This document shows, in pieces, positions 1 through 9,600 of a stretch of DNA of 32,000 bases. Source of the stretch: Longivirga aurantiaca (GTDB taxonomy: Bacteria; Actinomycetota; Actinomycetes; S36-B12; CAIYMF01); the NCBI RefSeq assembly GCF_042660085.1, contig NZ_JBHSTI010000008.1, positions 2,235,604-2,267,603 of the forward strand. The letters run 5' to 3'. A model generated the notes under the pieces. It had not been told where the DNA came from. It ran no database searches and saw only the letters and a program-made list of their open reading frames with translations. The position numbers and the translations under genes were made by a program. Every line of letters begins with the position of its first letter. Within the stretch, counting starts at the first letter, position 1.

Positions 1-3000
1 CTTGGCCAGCGTCGTCACCGAGGCAGCAGCCGTCGCGGCCGCGATGACGACGAGCCCGCTCAGCAGCGCCGCCGTCCACCAGCCGTACGCCGAGGCGAGC
101 GCGATCTGGGCGACCACGACGCCGAGCCCGACCGCGACTCCGACCATCACGGGGACGAGCCGGCACAGCTCGACCAGGACGCGCGCGACCTTCAGGCGCG
201 ACGGCGGGTCGTAGGTGCGGCTCCGGTCGGCCTTCTGCTCGACCCTGCGCAGCTTGGTCGGGGGGCTGCCGAGCCACGAGGTGCCGCTCTTGGCCTTCGT
301 CCGGCGTGGCGCCGCGGACAGCACGGCGACGAGCCCGCGCTTGGGCACCTTGCGGCCGGGGGCTGCCATCCCGGAGTTGCCCACGAACGCGTGCTTCCCG
401 ATCTCGACGTGCTCCACCCGCAGCCAGCCGCCGCCGAGCTCGTACCCGCCGAGGAGCGTGTCGTCGGCGAGGAAGGCCCCCTCGCGCACCGCGGTCAGCT
501 TGGGGATGAGAAGGACGGTCGAAGCCTCGACGCCCGGCCCGACGCTCGCACCCAACGAGCGCAGCCAGGCCGGCGTGAGCGAGCTCGAGTAGAGCGGGAA
601 CAGCCACGTCCGCGCCTCGTCGAGCGCACGCAGGGTCGCCCACGCCTGCCAGGCCCTCAGCCCGTGCACCGGATGCGCCCCCGGCACGAGCCCGACCCCG
701 AGCAGCCGCACGACGAGCCAGATGAGCAGGGCCAGGACCAGGAGGGCGACGACCGTCGCGACCGGCAGCCAGAGCATCGCGCGCAGCGCGGCCGCCCCCA
801 CCGATCCGGCACCGGTCAGCTGCGGTGCGACGACGGCGAGGGCAGCGACGGTGGCGACGCCGGGGAGCGCAGCGATGACGACCGCGATCCCGGTGTAGGC
901 GACCACCCACACCGGGCGGTTGCGCGGGCGCTCGTCCCACGGGCCGCGTGCCGCCTTGCGCAGCCGCGCAGGCGCGCCGGCCCACATCTCCCCCGCCGGC
1001 ACGACGTCGAAGACCGCCGACCCCGGCGCGATCTCCGCGCCGGCGCCGATGACCGCACCGGGAGCGAGCGTGCTGCGCATGCCGATCCGCGCGTCGGGCC
1101 CGATCTCGATGGCGCCGACACGCAGCAGGTCGCCGTCGAGCCAGTGGCCCGAGAGGTCGACCTCGGGCTCGACCGAGCACCCGTCGCCGAGCACGAGGTG
1201 GCCGGTGACGGGCGGGATCGAGTGGAGGTCGACGTGCCGACCGACGCGCACCCCGAGCAGCCGCGCGTAGAGCCGCATGAGCGTTGCTCCGGCGAGGTTC
1301 GCTGCACCGAGCTCCTCCGCCAGCCGCTCGGCGAACCACACCCGCAGGTGCACGGGACCACCGCGCGGATAGGTGCCCGGGCCGATGCCTGCGAGCACCA
1401 GCCGCGCACCGGCAGCGGTCAGCAGCATGCGGCCGGGAGCCGACACCAGCAGGAGCCAGGCGACGACGATGACGGGCCACGGCGCCGTGGGCAGCCAGCC
1501 GACGCCGAGCCACTGCGACGCAGCCGTGGTGCCGAACGCGACCCACGTGAGCCAGCGCAGACCGGTGATCGCGCGGAGCGGAAGGGTGAGCAGGACCTGC
1601 ACGATCTGCGATCCACGGGACACCGGGTGCACCGTGCGGTCGACGTACGCCGCCGGGGTGGCCAGCTCGTCGAGCGCCAGGGCGAGGTCGCCGATCCGAG
1701 GGTGGTCGTAGACCTCGGCGACCGTGACCTCGGGGTACGTCGCGCGCAGCCGCGAGACGAGCTGCGCGGCCGCGAGGCTGCCGCCCCCGAGGTCGAAGAA
1801 GTCGTCCTCGGTGCTGGTCACCGTCGCCCCGAGGATGTCGGCCCAGATGTCCTGCAGCTGCCCGGCGGTGCCCTCGAGGCGCGTCGTCTCGGTCGTGTCG
1901 ACGCTCGCGAGCGGCCACGGAAGCGCGTCGCGGTCGATCTTGCCGGAGGTGCGCGTCGGCAGCGTCTCGACCTGCGCGAGCCGAGGGACGAGCGCTGCCG
2001 GCATCGTGGCGCGCAGCGTGGCCAGGGAGGCCGCGGCGTCGAACTCCTCGGTGGTCGCGAGGTAGCCCACGAGCAGCGCGTTGCCCGAGCCGGTACGCCG
2101 TACTGCCGCCGCCGCACCCGTGACTCCCGGGAGCGCCAGCAGCGCGCTGTCGATCTCTCCGAGCTCGATCCGCCGACCGCCGACCTTCACCTGGTCGTCG
2201 GCTCGTCCGAGGAAGAGCAGCCCCTCCTCCTCGTAGCGGACGAGATCCCCGCTGCGGTAGGCGCGCTCCCAGCCGAGGGTCGGCATGGGGGCGTACTTCT
2301 CCGCGTCCTTCTCGGGATCGAGGTACCGCGCCAGGCCGACGCCGCCGATGATCAGCTCGCCCGTGCCACCCGGCTCGACCTGGACGCCTGCCTCGTCGAC
2401 CACGGCGAGGTCCCAGCCGTCGAGCGGCAGCCCGATCCGCACCGGCGGCTCACCGGTGAGGCGGGCGCCGCAGGCCACGACCGTCGCCTCGGTGGGCCCG
2501 TACGTGTTCCAGACCTCGCGGTCGTCCTCGACGAGCCGGGCGGCCAGCTCGGGAGGGCAGGCTTCGCCGCCGAGGATCAGCAGCCGCACCGCGGCGAGCG
2601 CGTCGGGCGGCCACAGCGCCACCAGCGTGGGCACCGTCGACACCACGGTGACGTCGTTGGCGACCAGCCACGGCCCGAGCTCCATGCCGCTGCGCACGAG
2701 CGACCGCGGCGCCGGCACGAGGCACGCGCCGTACGCCCACGCGAGCCACATCTCCTCGCACGACGCGTCGAACGCCACCGAGAGGCCCGCCATCACGCGG
2801 TCGCCGGGCCCGAGCGGCTCCTCCTGCAGGAACAGCCTCGACTCGGCGTCGACGAACGCCGCTGCGCTGCGGTGCGACACCGCCACGCCCTTCGGCGCAC
2901 CCGTCGAGCCCGACGTGAAGATCACCCAGGCGTCGTCCGCCGTGGTCGGCGCCGTGCCCTCGGCGCGCGGCGGCTTGGTACGGCGCACGGTCAGCTCGAG

Positions 3001-3357
3001 ATCGTCGGTCAGCACGGCGGCGACGTCCGCCTCGCCGAACACGGTGCGTGCACGCTCGTCGGGATCGTCGGCATCTACCGGGACGTACGCCGCTCCGGCC
3101 AGCAGCGTGCCCGCGATGGCGACGTAGAGGTCGGTCGTGCCCGAGCGGATCCGGACGCCCACCTTGTCGCCCGGCCCCACGCCGGCGGCGTGCAGCCCGG
3201 CTGCCACCTCCTCGGCGGCGTCGACGAACTCCTCGTAGGTCAGCACCTGGGCGCCGTTGTCGATGGCCGGCTCGTCGGGGTAGTCCGCCGCCGTCCGCCT
3301 CAGCACATCGACGAGGGTCCGCGGCGCGGCCGCCAGCGGTCCCCGCAGCAGAGTCAT
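1..3357 (-). CDS. Pls/PosA family non-ribosomal peptide synthetase-like protein (adenylation domain, carrier domain, membrane/hexapeptide-repeat terminal domain); 3' end beyond the left edge
   Basis: Manual minus-strand reading from ATG at 3357 stays open to base 1. Contains adenylation core ADDAWVIFTSGSTGAPKGVAV (~2900-2945), FDASCEEMW, a carrier motif DDFFDLGGGSL (~1780-1810), then hydrophobic segments and two hexapeptide-like regions. The ORF track omits it because it is open at the edge. Confidence 0.9.
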   Translation of the reverse strand, partial: MTLLRGPLAAAPRTLVDVLRRTAADYPDEPAIDNGAQVLTYEEFVDAAEEVAAGLHAAGVGPGDKVGVRIRSGTTDLYVAIAGTLLAGAAYVPVDADDPDERARTVFGEADVAAVLTDDLELTVRRTKPPRAEGTAPTTADDAWVIFTSGSTGAPKGVAVSHRSAAAFVDAESRLFLQEEPLGPGDRVMAGLSVAFDASCEEMWLAWAYGACLVPAPRSLVRSGMELGPWLVANDVTVVSTVPTLVALWPPDALAAVRLLILGGEACPPELAARLVEDDREVWNTYGPTEATVVACGARLTGEPPVRIGLPLDGWDLAVVDEAGVQVEPGGTGELIIGGVGLARYLDPEKDAEKYAPMPTLGWERAYRSGDLVRYEEEGLLFLGRADDQVKVGGRRIELGEIDSALLALPGVTGAAAAVRRTGSGNALLVGYLATTEEFDAAASLATLRATMPAALVPRLAQVETLPTRTSGKIDRDALPWPLASVDTTETTRLEGTAGQLQDIWADILGATVTSTEDDFFDLGGGSLAAAQLVSRLRATYPEVTVAEVYDHPRIGDLALALDELATPAAYVDRTVHPVSRGSQIVQVLLTLPLRAITGLRWLTWVAFGTTAASQWLGVGWLPTAPWPVIVVAWLLLVSAPGRMLLTAAGARLVLAGIGPGTYPRGGPVHLRVWFAERLAEELGAANLAGATLMRLYARLLGVRVGRHVDLHSIPPVTGHLVLGDGCSVEPEVDLSGHWLDGDLLRVGAIEIGPDARIGMRSTLAPGAVIGAGAEIAPGSAVFDVVPAGEMWAGAPARLRKAARGPWDERPRNRPVWVVAYTGIAVVIAALPGVATVAALAVVAPQLTGAGSVGAAALRAMLWLPVATVVALLVLALLIWLVVRLLGVGLVPGAHPVHGLRAWQAWATLRALDEARTWLFPLYSSSLTPAWLRSLGASVGPGVEASTVLLIPKLTAVREGAFLADDTLLGGYELGGGWLRVEHVEIGKHAFVGNSGMAAPGRKVPKRGLVAVLSAAPRRTKAKSGTSWLGSPPTKLRRVEQKADRSRTYDPPSRLKVARVLVELCRLVPVMVGVAVGLGVVVAQIALASAYGWWTAALLSGLVVIAAATAAASVTTLAK

Positions 3358-3469
3358 ACGGGCAGTCTCGCGGATGGCGCAGCGCGGCACGACGACGACT
3401 CACCCGTCGACCGTCCGAGGACGCATCGCTCCGCGGGCACGTGCAGGACGCCTCGGACGTCGTACGTCT

Positions 3470-4840
3470 GTGCGCGCCCCCTTCCTCCCCCTCGCCCTGG
3501 CGGCGGCAGCCGTGCTGCTCGCAGGCTGCTCCGGCACCGACCCGGTCGATGGTGCGAGCACCCCGGCGTCGTCGGCTCTGCCGAGCAGCAGCGACCCCGC
3601 CGGCACCACGTCGGCGTCGCCCTCCCCCTCGTCGCCGCGGCCCACGAGCGCCGGGGCTGACGCGGCGCTCCTCGAGGCAGCGCGATCAGGTGACGTCGCC
3701 GGCATCCGCAGCGCGCTCGCCGACGGCGCAGACGTCGAGGCGGAGGACGACCTCGGCCGCACCGCGCTGGTGCGCGCGGCGTACGGCAACCACGTCGAGG
3801 CCGCCCGCGTGCTCGTGCGCGCGGACGCGGATGCCAACCACCTCGACGCGAGCACCCAGAGCCCGTACCTCATCGCCACGAGCGAGGTCGGTGACGACCC
3901 CCGCCTGCTCGATCTCCTCCTCGCGCACGGCGCCGACGTGCGCGCCAAGGACAGCTACAACGGCACGGGCCTGATCCGCGCAGCGGACCGCGGCTTCCCC
4001 GTGATCGTCGGCCGACTCCTCGACGCCGGTGTCGAGATCGACCACGTCAACCGGCTGGGGTGGACGGCGCTGCACGAGGCGGTGGTCCTCGGCGACGGGT
4101 CGCGCCGCTACCAGCAGGTGGTGCAGCTGCTCGTCGACGCCGGCGCCGATCCGCTGCTGCCCACCCAGCGCGATGGAATCCGCCCGCGCGCCCACGCGCA
4201 GCAGCGCGGATACACGAGGATCGACGCGATCCTCAAGGAGGCCTCGGTGGGACTCACTGCGAACGACCGCCTGCTGCAGCATGCGGGCGCCGGCAGCGTC
4301 GTGGCTGCCGAGGCCGCCCTCGCCGACGGCGCCGACCTCGAGGCCCGCGACTCGAAGGGGCGCACCGCGCTGCTCCTCGCCGCGACGGAGGACCGCGTCC
4401 CGATGGCGGAGATGCTGGTCGCCCGCGGCGCCGACGTCGACGCCCTCGACGGCCGGCACGACACCCCGTTCCTCGTCACCGGCGTCACGGGGAGCGTCGC
4501 GATGCTGAAGGCGCTGCTGCCGGGCCGCCCCGACACCACGATCCGCAACCGCTACGGCGGTGTCGCGGTGATCCCGGCGTCGGAGCGAGGCCACGTGGAG
4601 TACGTCGAGGCGGTGCTCGCCCTCACCGACATCGACGTGGACCACGTCAACGACCTGGGCTGGACCGCGCTGCTGGAGGCGGTGATCCTCGGGGACGGCG
4701 GGCCGCGCCATCAGGCGGTGGTGCGCGCGCTCCTGGCCGCCGGTGCCGACCGGTCGATCGCCGACCGCGACGGCGTCACCGCGCTCGAGCACGCCGAGCG
4801 GCGCGGCCAGGATGCGGTCGCGGCCCTGCTCCAGGGGTGA
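3470..4840 (+). CDS. Ankyrin-repeat lipoprotein
   Basis: GTG start at 3470 (in frame within ORF 3374..4840) gives VRAPFLPLALAAAAVLLAGCSG, a signal peptide with lipobox LLAGC. Multiple ankyrin repeats follow (e.g. GRTALVRAAYGNHVEAARVLVRADAD, LGWTALHEAVVLGDG...LLVDAGAD). Confidence 0.85.
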   Translation: MRAPFLPLALAAAAVLLAGCSGTDPVDGASTPASSALPSSSDPAGTTSASPSPSSPRPTSAGADAALLEAARSGDVAGIRSALADGADVEAEDDLGRTALVRAAYGNHVEAARVLVRADADANHLDASTQSPYLIATSEVGDDPRLLDLLLAHGADVRAKDSYNGTGLIRAADRGFPVIVGRLLDAGVEIDHVNRLGWTALHEAVVLGDGSRRYQQVVQLLVDAGADPLLPTQRDGIRPRAHAQQRGYTRIDAILKEASVGLTANDRLLQHAGAGSVVAAEAALADGADLEARDSKGRTALLLAATEDRVPMAEMLVARGADVDALDGRHDTPFLVTGVTGSVAMLKALLPGRPDTTIRNRYGGVAVIPASERGHVEYVEAVLALTDIDVDHVNDLGWTALLEAVILGDGGPRHQAVVRALLAAGADRSIADRDGVTALEHAERRGQDAVAALLQG

Positions 4841-4925
4841 GCACCGACCCGAGTCACCGGCCGGTGCGTCGTACGCCGACACCCGGATGACCCCTTCACC
4901 CCGTCCCGCACGTGATAACCGGGCG

Positions 4926-4947
4926 GTTCATCTGGCGTTAACAGAGC
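4926..4947 (+). promoter_or_regulatory. Putative PHO box (PhoP-type 11-nt direct repeat)
   Basis: Two adjacent 11-mers GTTCATCTGGC / GTTAACAGAGC, resembling the actinobacterial PHO-box direct repeat (G[GT]TCAYYYR[GC]G), ~210 bp upstream of the 5157 CDS. Confidence 0.4.
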
Positions 4948-5106
4948 GTGGCCACGATTCACTCGTTCGGGCGGACAATCTCGTCGTCCCCCTCACGCTC
5001 CGCGCACATTGCCAGGTACGGTGACCCTCACGTGCGTTGCGGACACGACGCGTCTCTCGGCCGCGGGGGCGGTAGCCGGGGACAGTTCGGCTCGTCGTGG
5101 ACGGAG

Positions 5107-5127
5107 GCCGGCCCAGTGGGGGCCGGC
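5107..5127 (+). promoter_or_regulatory. Hairpin in the putative 5' leader of the secreted protein gene
   Basis: GCCGGCCC-agtgg-GGGCCGGC, 8-bp perfect arms, ending 29 nt before the ATG at 5157. Confidence 0.4.
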
Positions 5128-5156
5128 TGATCGGGGACACAAAGGGGAACCGCTTC

Positions 5157-6527
5157 ATGAAGACTCGAGCATGGGTCGCCGGCCTGACCGGTGCAACCCT
5201 CGTCGCCACCCTCGGAGTCGTCACGTTGGGGAGCCTGCCGGCCGCCAACGCGACGGGCGAGGTCGAGGGCGGCACCATCACGCTCTCGACCGTGTACGGA
5301 AACCCCGGCAGCGGCACCGCTGTGTTCACCGCGCCGAGCGGCAGCACCGCGACGCCCAAGACCGAGACGCTCGGTCGCGGCAGCCGCTGCGCGCTCACGC
5401 AGTCCGGCTCGGACGTCATCAACTTCGCCTCGTCGCCGTCGGGTGCCGACGGCACGCCCGGCTTCGGCTACGGCGCCGTGGGCGTCAGCTCGCTCAACAA
5501 GCGCTCGGGCAACGCGTGCACGCAGGTCAACTCCGACGTCGACAACTCCGGCACCGACGAGTCCCTGACCGTCCTCCTGAACGGCACCGCCACCAAGTCG
5601 GTCTTCGGCCCGGGCAAGGCGTACAACGCCCAGCTCGACCTCGAGATCAAGGGCAACGCCACCCTCGTCATCACCACCGCCAACGCCGGCACGCCAGGCC
5701 GCACCTACACGGTGTACTCGGGCACGGCCGCCACCGGCATCACGCCGTCGGCGACCGAGATCGTCTGCAACAGCGGCACGTCCGACACCGGCCCCGACTC
5801 GACCTCCGGCGACAACTGCCAGGTCCGGTTCGGCGCCGCCTCGGTCGCGGCCACGGTCCCGGCCGACTTCTTCACCAGCCTCACCATTGAGGCCCTGGCC
5901 GGCTCGTTCTCGCTCGAGGGCGGCAGCGACTGGGGCACCGCCGCGGCGGCCAACCGCACCGTGTTCAAGCTCGCCGCGGTGCCGGACGGTCTCATCAACT
6001 GCCCGCTCGACAACCACGCCGAGAAGCTCGACTCGTCGTACGCCAACTGGGGCATCGAGGTCGACCGGATGGTCAACGGGGACGGGACCCCCTGCATCGC
6101 CCTCCCGTACGCACTCGTCACGGACGGCACGTCGGCGACGTTCCTCAAGCCGATCGACCAGCAGCTGACGGCGCAGTTCGCGCTCACGCTCAAGCACCTG
6201 GTGACCACCACCAACCCGCTCCCGATCGTGCAGTACGACTGGGAGGACGGCAACGGCCCGAGGGACCTGGCCAAGTGCGGCCCGGCCTACTACAACGGCG
6301 TCCAGGGCGGCAACGGCAGCGAGACCGACCTTGCGCTCATCACGGCCGGCAACCCGCCGCTGATCGACTACAACGCGCTCAAGGCGAACGTGGCCGATGC
6401 CAGCACGGTGACCGGCTACCAGCACGCCTGCGTCTACGCGCAGACCTCGGTGACGTTCGACGACGGCCGGATCCTGGCCATCGACTACGTCTACCTCACG
6501 GGCGACATCAAGTTCACGACCCGCTAG
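5157..6527 (+). CDS. Secreted protein of unknown function
   Basis: ATG at 5157 preceded by AAAGGGG. N-terminus MKTRAWVAGLTGATLVATLGVVTLGSLPAANATG is a typical Sec signal peptide. Mature region is Ser/Thr/Gly/Asn rich with several Cys and no recognised domain or sortase motif. Confidence 0.85.
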   Translation: MKTRAWVAGLTGATLVATLGVVTLGSLPAANATGEVEGGTITLSTVYGNPGSGTAVFTAPSGSTATPKTETLGRGSRCALTQSGSDVINFASSPSGADGTPGFGYGAVGVSSLNKRSGNACTQVNSDVDNSGTDESLTVLLNGTATKSVFGPGKAYNAQLDLEIKGNATLVITTANAGTPGRTYTVYSGTAATGITPSATEIVCNSGTSDTGPDSTSGDNCQVRFGAASVAATVPADFFTSLTIEALAGSFSLEGGSDWGTAAAANRTVFKLAAVPDGLINCPLDNHAEKLDSSYANWGIEVDRMVNGDGTPCIALPYALVTDGTSATFLKPIDQQLTAQFALTLKHLVTTTNPLPIVQYDWEDGNGPRDLAKCGPAYYNGVQGGNGSETDLALITAGNPPLIDYNALKANVADASTVTGYQHACVYAQTSVTFDDGRILAIDYVYLTGDIKFTTR

Positions 6528-6536
6528 ACCGCTCGA

Positions 6537-6576
6537 CGAGGGGGCGGAGTCGGCTTCGGTCGGCTCCGCCCTCTCG
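6537..6576. terminator. Bidirectional intrinsic-terminator-like hairpin between convergent genes
   Basis: CGAGGGGGCGGAGTCGGC-TTCG-GTCGGCTCCGCCCTCTCG: 18-bp stem with G-U wobbles closing on a cUUCGg tetraloop, between stops of the 5157-6527 (+) and 6621-10379 (-) genes. Confidence 0.75.
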
Positions 6577-6620
6577 CTGTCTGCGCGGGCGCCGGCGGAG
6601 GGCACGCCCAGCGGAGCGGC

Positions 6621-9600
6621 TCAGGCGTCGAGGACGCCGAGCTGCTGGAGCACGGCGGCAGCATCCGCGCCTGCTGCTCGCGCGGCCTCGGGATCCCCGG
6701 ATTGCGCCAGCACGTCAGCCTGCAGGCGCAGCAGCTGCGCGCGCTCGAACGGCAGCGAGTACTGGTCGGCCAGTGCGACACCGGCGGCCGCCTCGGCGAG
6801 GGCGTCGTCGTACCGGCCCTGGGCGCTGTGCGCGCGGGCGCGCTCGAGGTTGATGCGAGGCTGCAGCGCCACACCCTCGCCCGTCGCCGAGCCCGCGTTC
6901 GACTCCAGCAGCGTCAGCGCGTCCTCGGTGCGGCCCTGGCGCGTGAGCGCCTCGACCCGCACCAGCGCCGCCTCGAGGGCGCTCACCTTCTGGCCGAGGG
7001 CCACGAGCTCGAGCTCGGCGTCCTGCGCGTGCCTCTCGGCGCCCTCGACGTCACCGCGACCGAGCAGGACCCGGGCCCGGTGCACCTCGCCGTACGCCGC
7101 GAAGGCGGGGACGCCCGACACCCGCAGCACCCGGACCGCGTCGGTGAGGACGAAGTCGGCCTCGTCGAAGCGGCGCTGGCTGGCCAGCACCTCGCCGAGG
7201 CTGAGGGCGACGATCGCCGCCCCGACGACGTCGCCCACCTCCTGGGCCGCGGCACGGCCGGCGGCGAAGGACTCGACCGCCTCGTCCCACCTGCCTGCGT
7301 AGTAGGCGAAGCCGCCGAGGTTCCCATGCGCGGCGAAGGCCCGGAGGCTGTTGCCGCGCGCGTCCATGACCGTGAGCGCCTCGCGGGTGCGTTCGCCGAC
7401 CGAGGTGTCGCCGAGCTGGAACGCCGCGACGTCCATCGTGAGCAGCGCCTGCTCGAGCGCCTCGAACTCCCCGGTCTCGCGGGCCTCGTCGAGCAGCGTC
7501 TCGGCGATGGCCAGCGCGTCCTGCAGCCGCTCCTGCTCGAGGCGGATGCCCGCGCGCACGGACCGCAGCCGCACTCGGGCGCGCCGGGCGTCGAGGGCGG
7601 TCTCGCCGTCGAGCAGCTTCTCGGCCTTGCTCAGCTCGGCCAGTGCCGGGCCGAACGCCCCCGACCGCTGACGCACCTGCGCCCGCTGGCGCAGCAGCGT
7701 GGCGCTCATCAACGGGTCGGACTGCGACAGGCGCAGCGCGAGGCGGAACGCGTCGAGCGACTGCTCGTACATCCCGGCGAGGTCGCGCACCTCGCCGAGC
7801 CGGCGGTAGAGGTCGCGCTTGTCGAGGTCGGGCACCTCGGCGACCCGCCGGCCGGCGTCCAGCGCCCGCTCGTAGAGGACGGCCGCGTCGGCGTTGGCGT
7901 ACGCGCGTGCCGCGCGGTCGCCCGCGAGGCGCGAGTAGCGCCAGGTGGCGGCGTCGTCGCCACCGCGCCAGAAGTGCAGCGAGAGAGTGTCGGAGTCGGC
8001 CTCGAGATCCTCGGACAGCTTCTCCACAGCGCGACCGGCGGCCGCGTGCAGCTTCGCGCGCAGCCGGTAGGCGAGCCCCTCGTACGCGGCGTCGCGGATC
8101 ATGCCGTTGCGGAAGCGCAGCCGCCCGCTGCCGTCGGGCTCAAGGAAGCTCTCGAGCCGCGACAGCGTCGCGGCGTCGACCACGAGCTCGTCGCTGCGGA
8201 TCGTCTCGTTCAGGACCTCGGTGCGGAACGAGCGGCCGAGGACCGACGCGTAGCGCAGGATCCGGCGCGAGTGCGGGTCGAGGGCGTCGATCTGCGCGTC
8301 GAGCGCCGAGTGGAGGTTCTCGGGGACGGAGTCGAGCGACCCGACCTCCTGGAACACACGAGTGATCTCCTCGACGAAGAGCGGGTTGCCACCCGCCCGC
8401 CGCACGACCTCGTCGATCTCGTGCGGGCGCATGGGGGTCGCCGCGGTGGCCGCGATGACGAGGCGTCGGATCACGTCGTCGTCGAGAGGCTCGAGGTCGA
8501 CGCGCTCGCCGGCCGGGTCGAAGCCGCCCTCGTCGCGCCGGGTGACGAGCAGCGCCCAGGGGCGGCGCGGCGCCTCTGCGGCGAACCGCGCGAGCACGTG
8601 CGCCGACGCGGCGTCCGCCCAGTGCCCCTCCTCGACCCGCAGCAGCAGCGGCCCGGGGAAGGTCGTCTCGACGAGGCGCAGGATGAGGTCGGCGATGCGG
8701 TCGGGGCGGAACCGCGGCTCGATCGCCCGCACCTCGGGCGTCTCGGGCATCGAGACCGTCACGACGTCGCCGAGGAGCGGCGCGAACGACAGCAGCTCCG
8801 GCGCGAGCCGGCGCACACCCGCGCGGACGGCGTCGGCCATCTCGTCGTGCGTGCCGCGCTCGACGTCGAGCAGCGCGCGCACCGGGTCGCGCAGGACGCG
8901 GTACGGCGCGGTGGCGCCGTACGGCTCGGCGCGGACGGTGATCGTGCGGACGTCGAACCCGGCCAGCGCCTCGGCCACGACACGGGTCTTGCCCGTGCCC
9001 GTGCCGCCGCTCACGACCACCACCCCGCCGTCGCCCATGAGCATGCGCCCGACGTTCGACCGGATCGCATCGAGCTCGGCGTCGCGACCGAGGAGCGGCA
9101 GGGAGGTGCCCGCACCCGTGCCGCGTGTGCCGGTCTCCTCGCCGACCGAGTGCACGGGGACGGGGACCGTCTTGCCCTTCATGGGGAACGGACCGGCCGG
9201 AGTGGTGGCGAAGAGGGTGCGCGACCGCTCGAGGACCGTGGGGTGCGCGAAGAGGACGCCGTGCGGCGCCTTGCCCATGATGCGCGCCGCGGTGTTGGTG
9301 GTGTCGCCCATCGCGGAGTACGCCGCCCGGTCGACCGTCCCCACCTCGGCCGCGAAGACGTGCCCGCGGTTGACGCCGATCTGCAGCGGGAGCGGCGTTC
9401 CTACGTCGAGCACCCGGCGCATCGCACGCAGCATCCGGCCCTCGTCGTCCTCGCTGGAGTAGGGCACGCCGGATCCCATGAAGAGCTTGCCGCCGTCGCT
9501 GTCGAGGTCGGTCGCGAGCAGCGTGACGCCCTCGTCGTTCATCGCCCGCATGAACACCGACACCGTGCCGTCGAGCGCCTCGGCCACGGCCTCGGGGCCC

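Noticed and set aside
391-3660. 1089-aa plus-strand ORF
   Set aside because: Arg/Pro/His-rich shadow on the opposite strand of the NRPS, whose core motifs read cleanly on minus; typical high-GC artefact.
4841-5156. c-di-AMP (ydaO) or other known riboswitch upstream of the secreted protein
   Set aside because: I could not find the conserved core motifs by eye; only a simple hairpin is supported.
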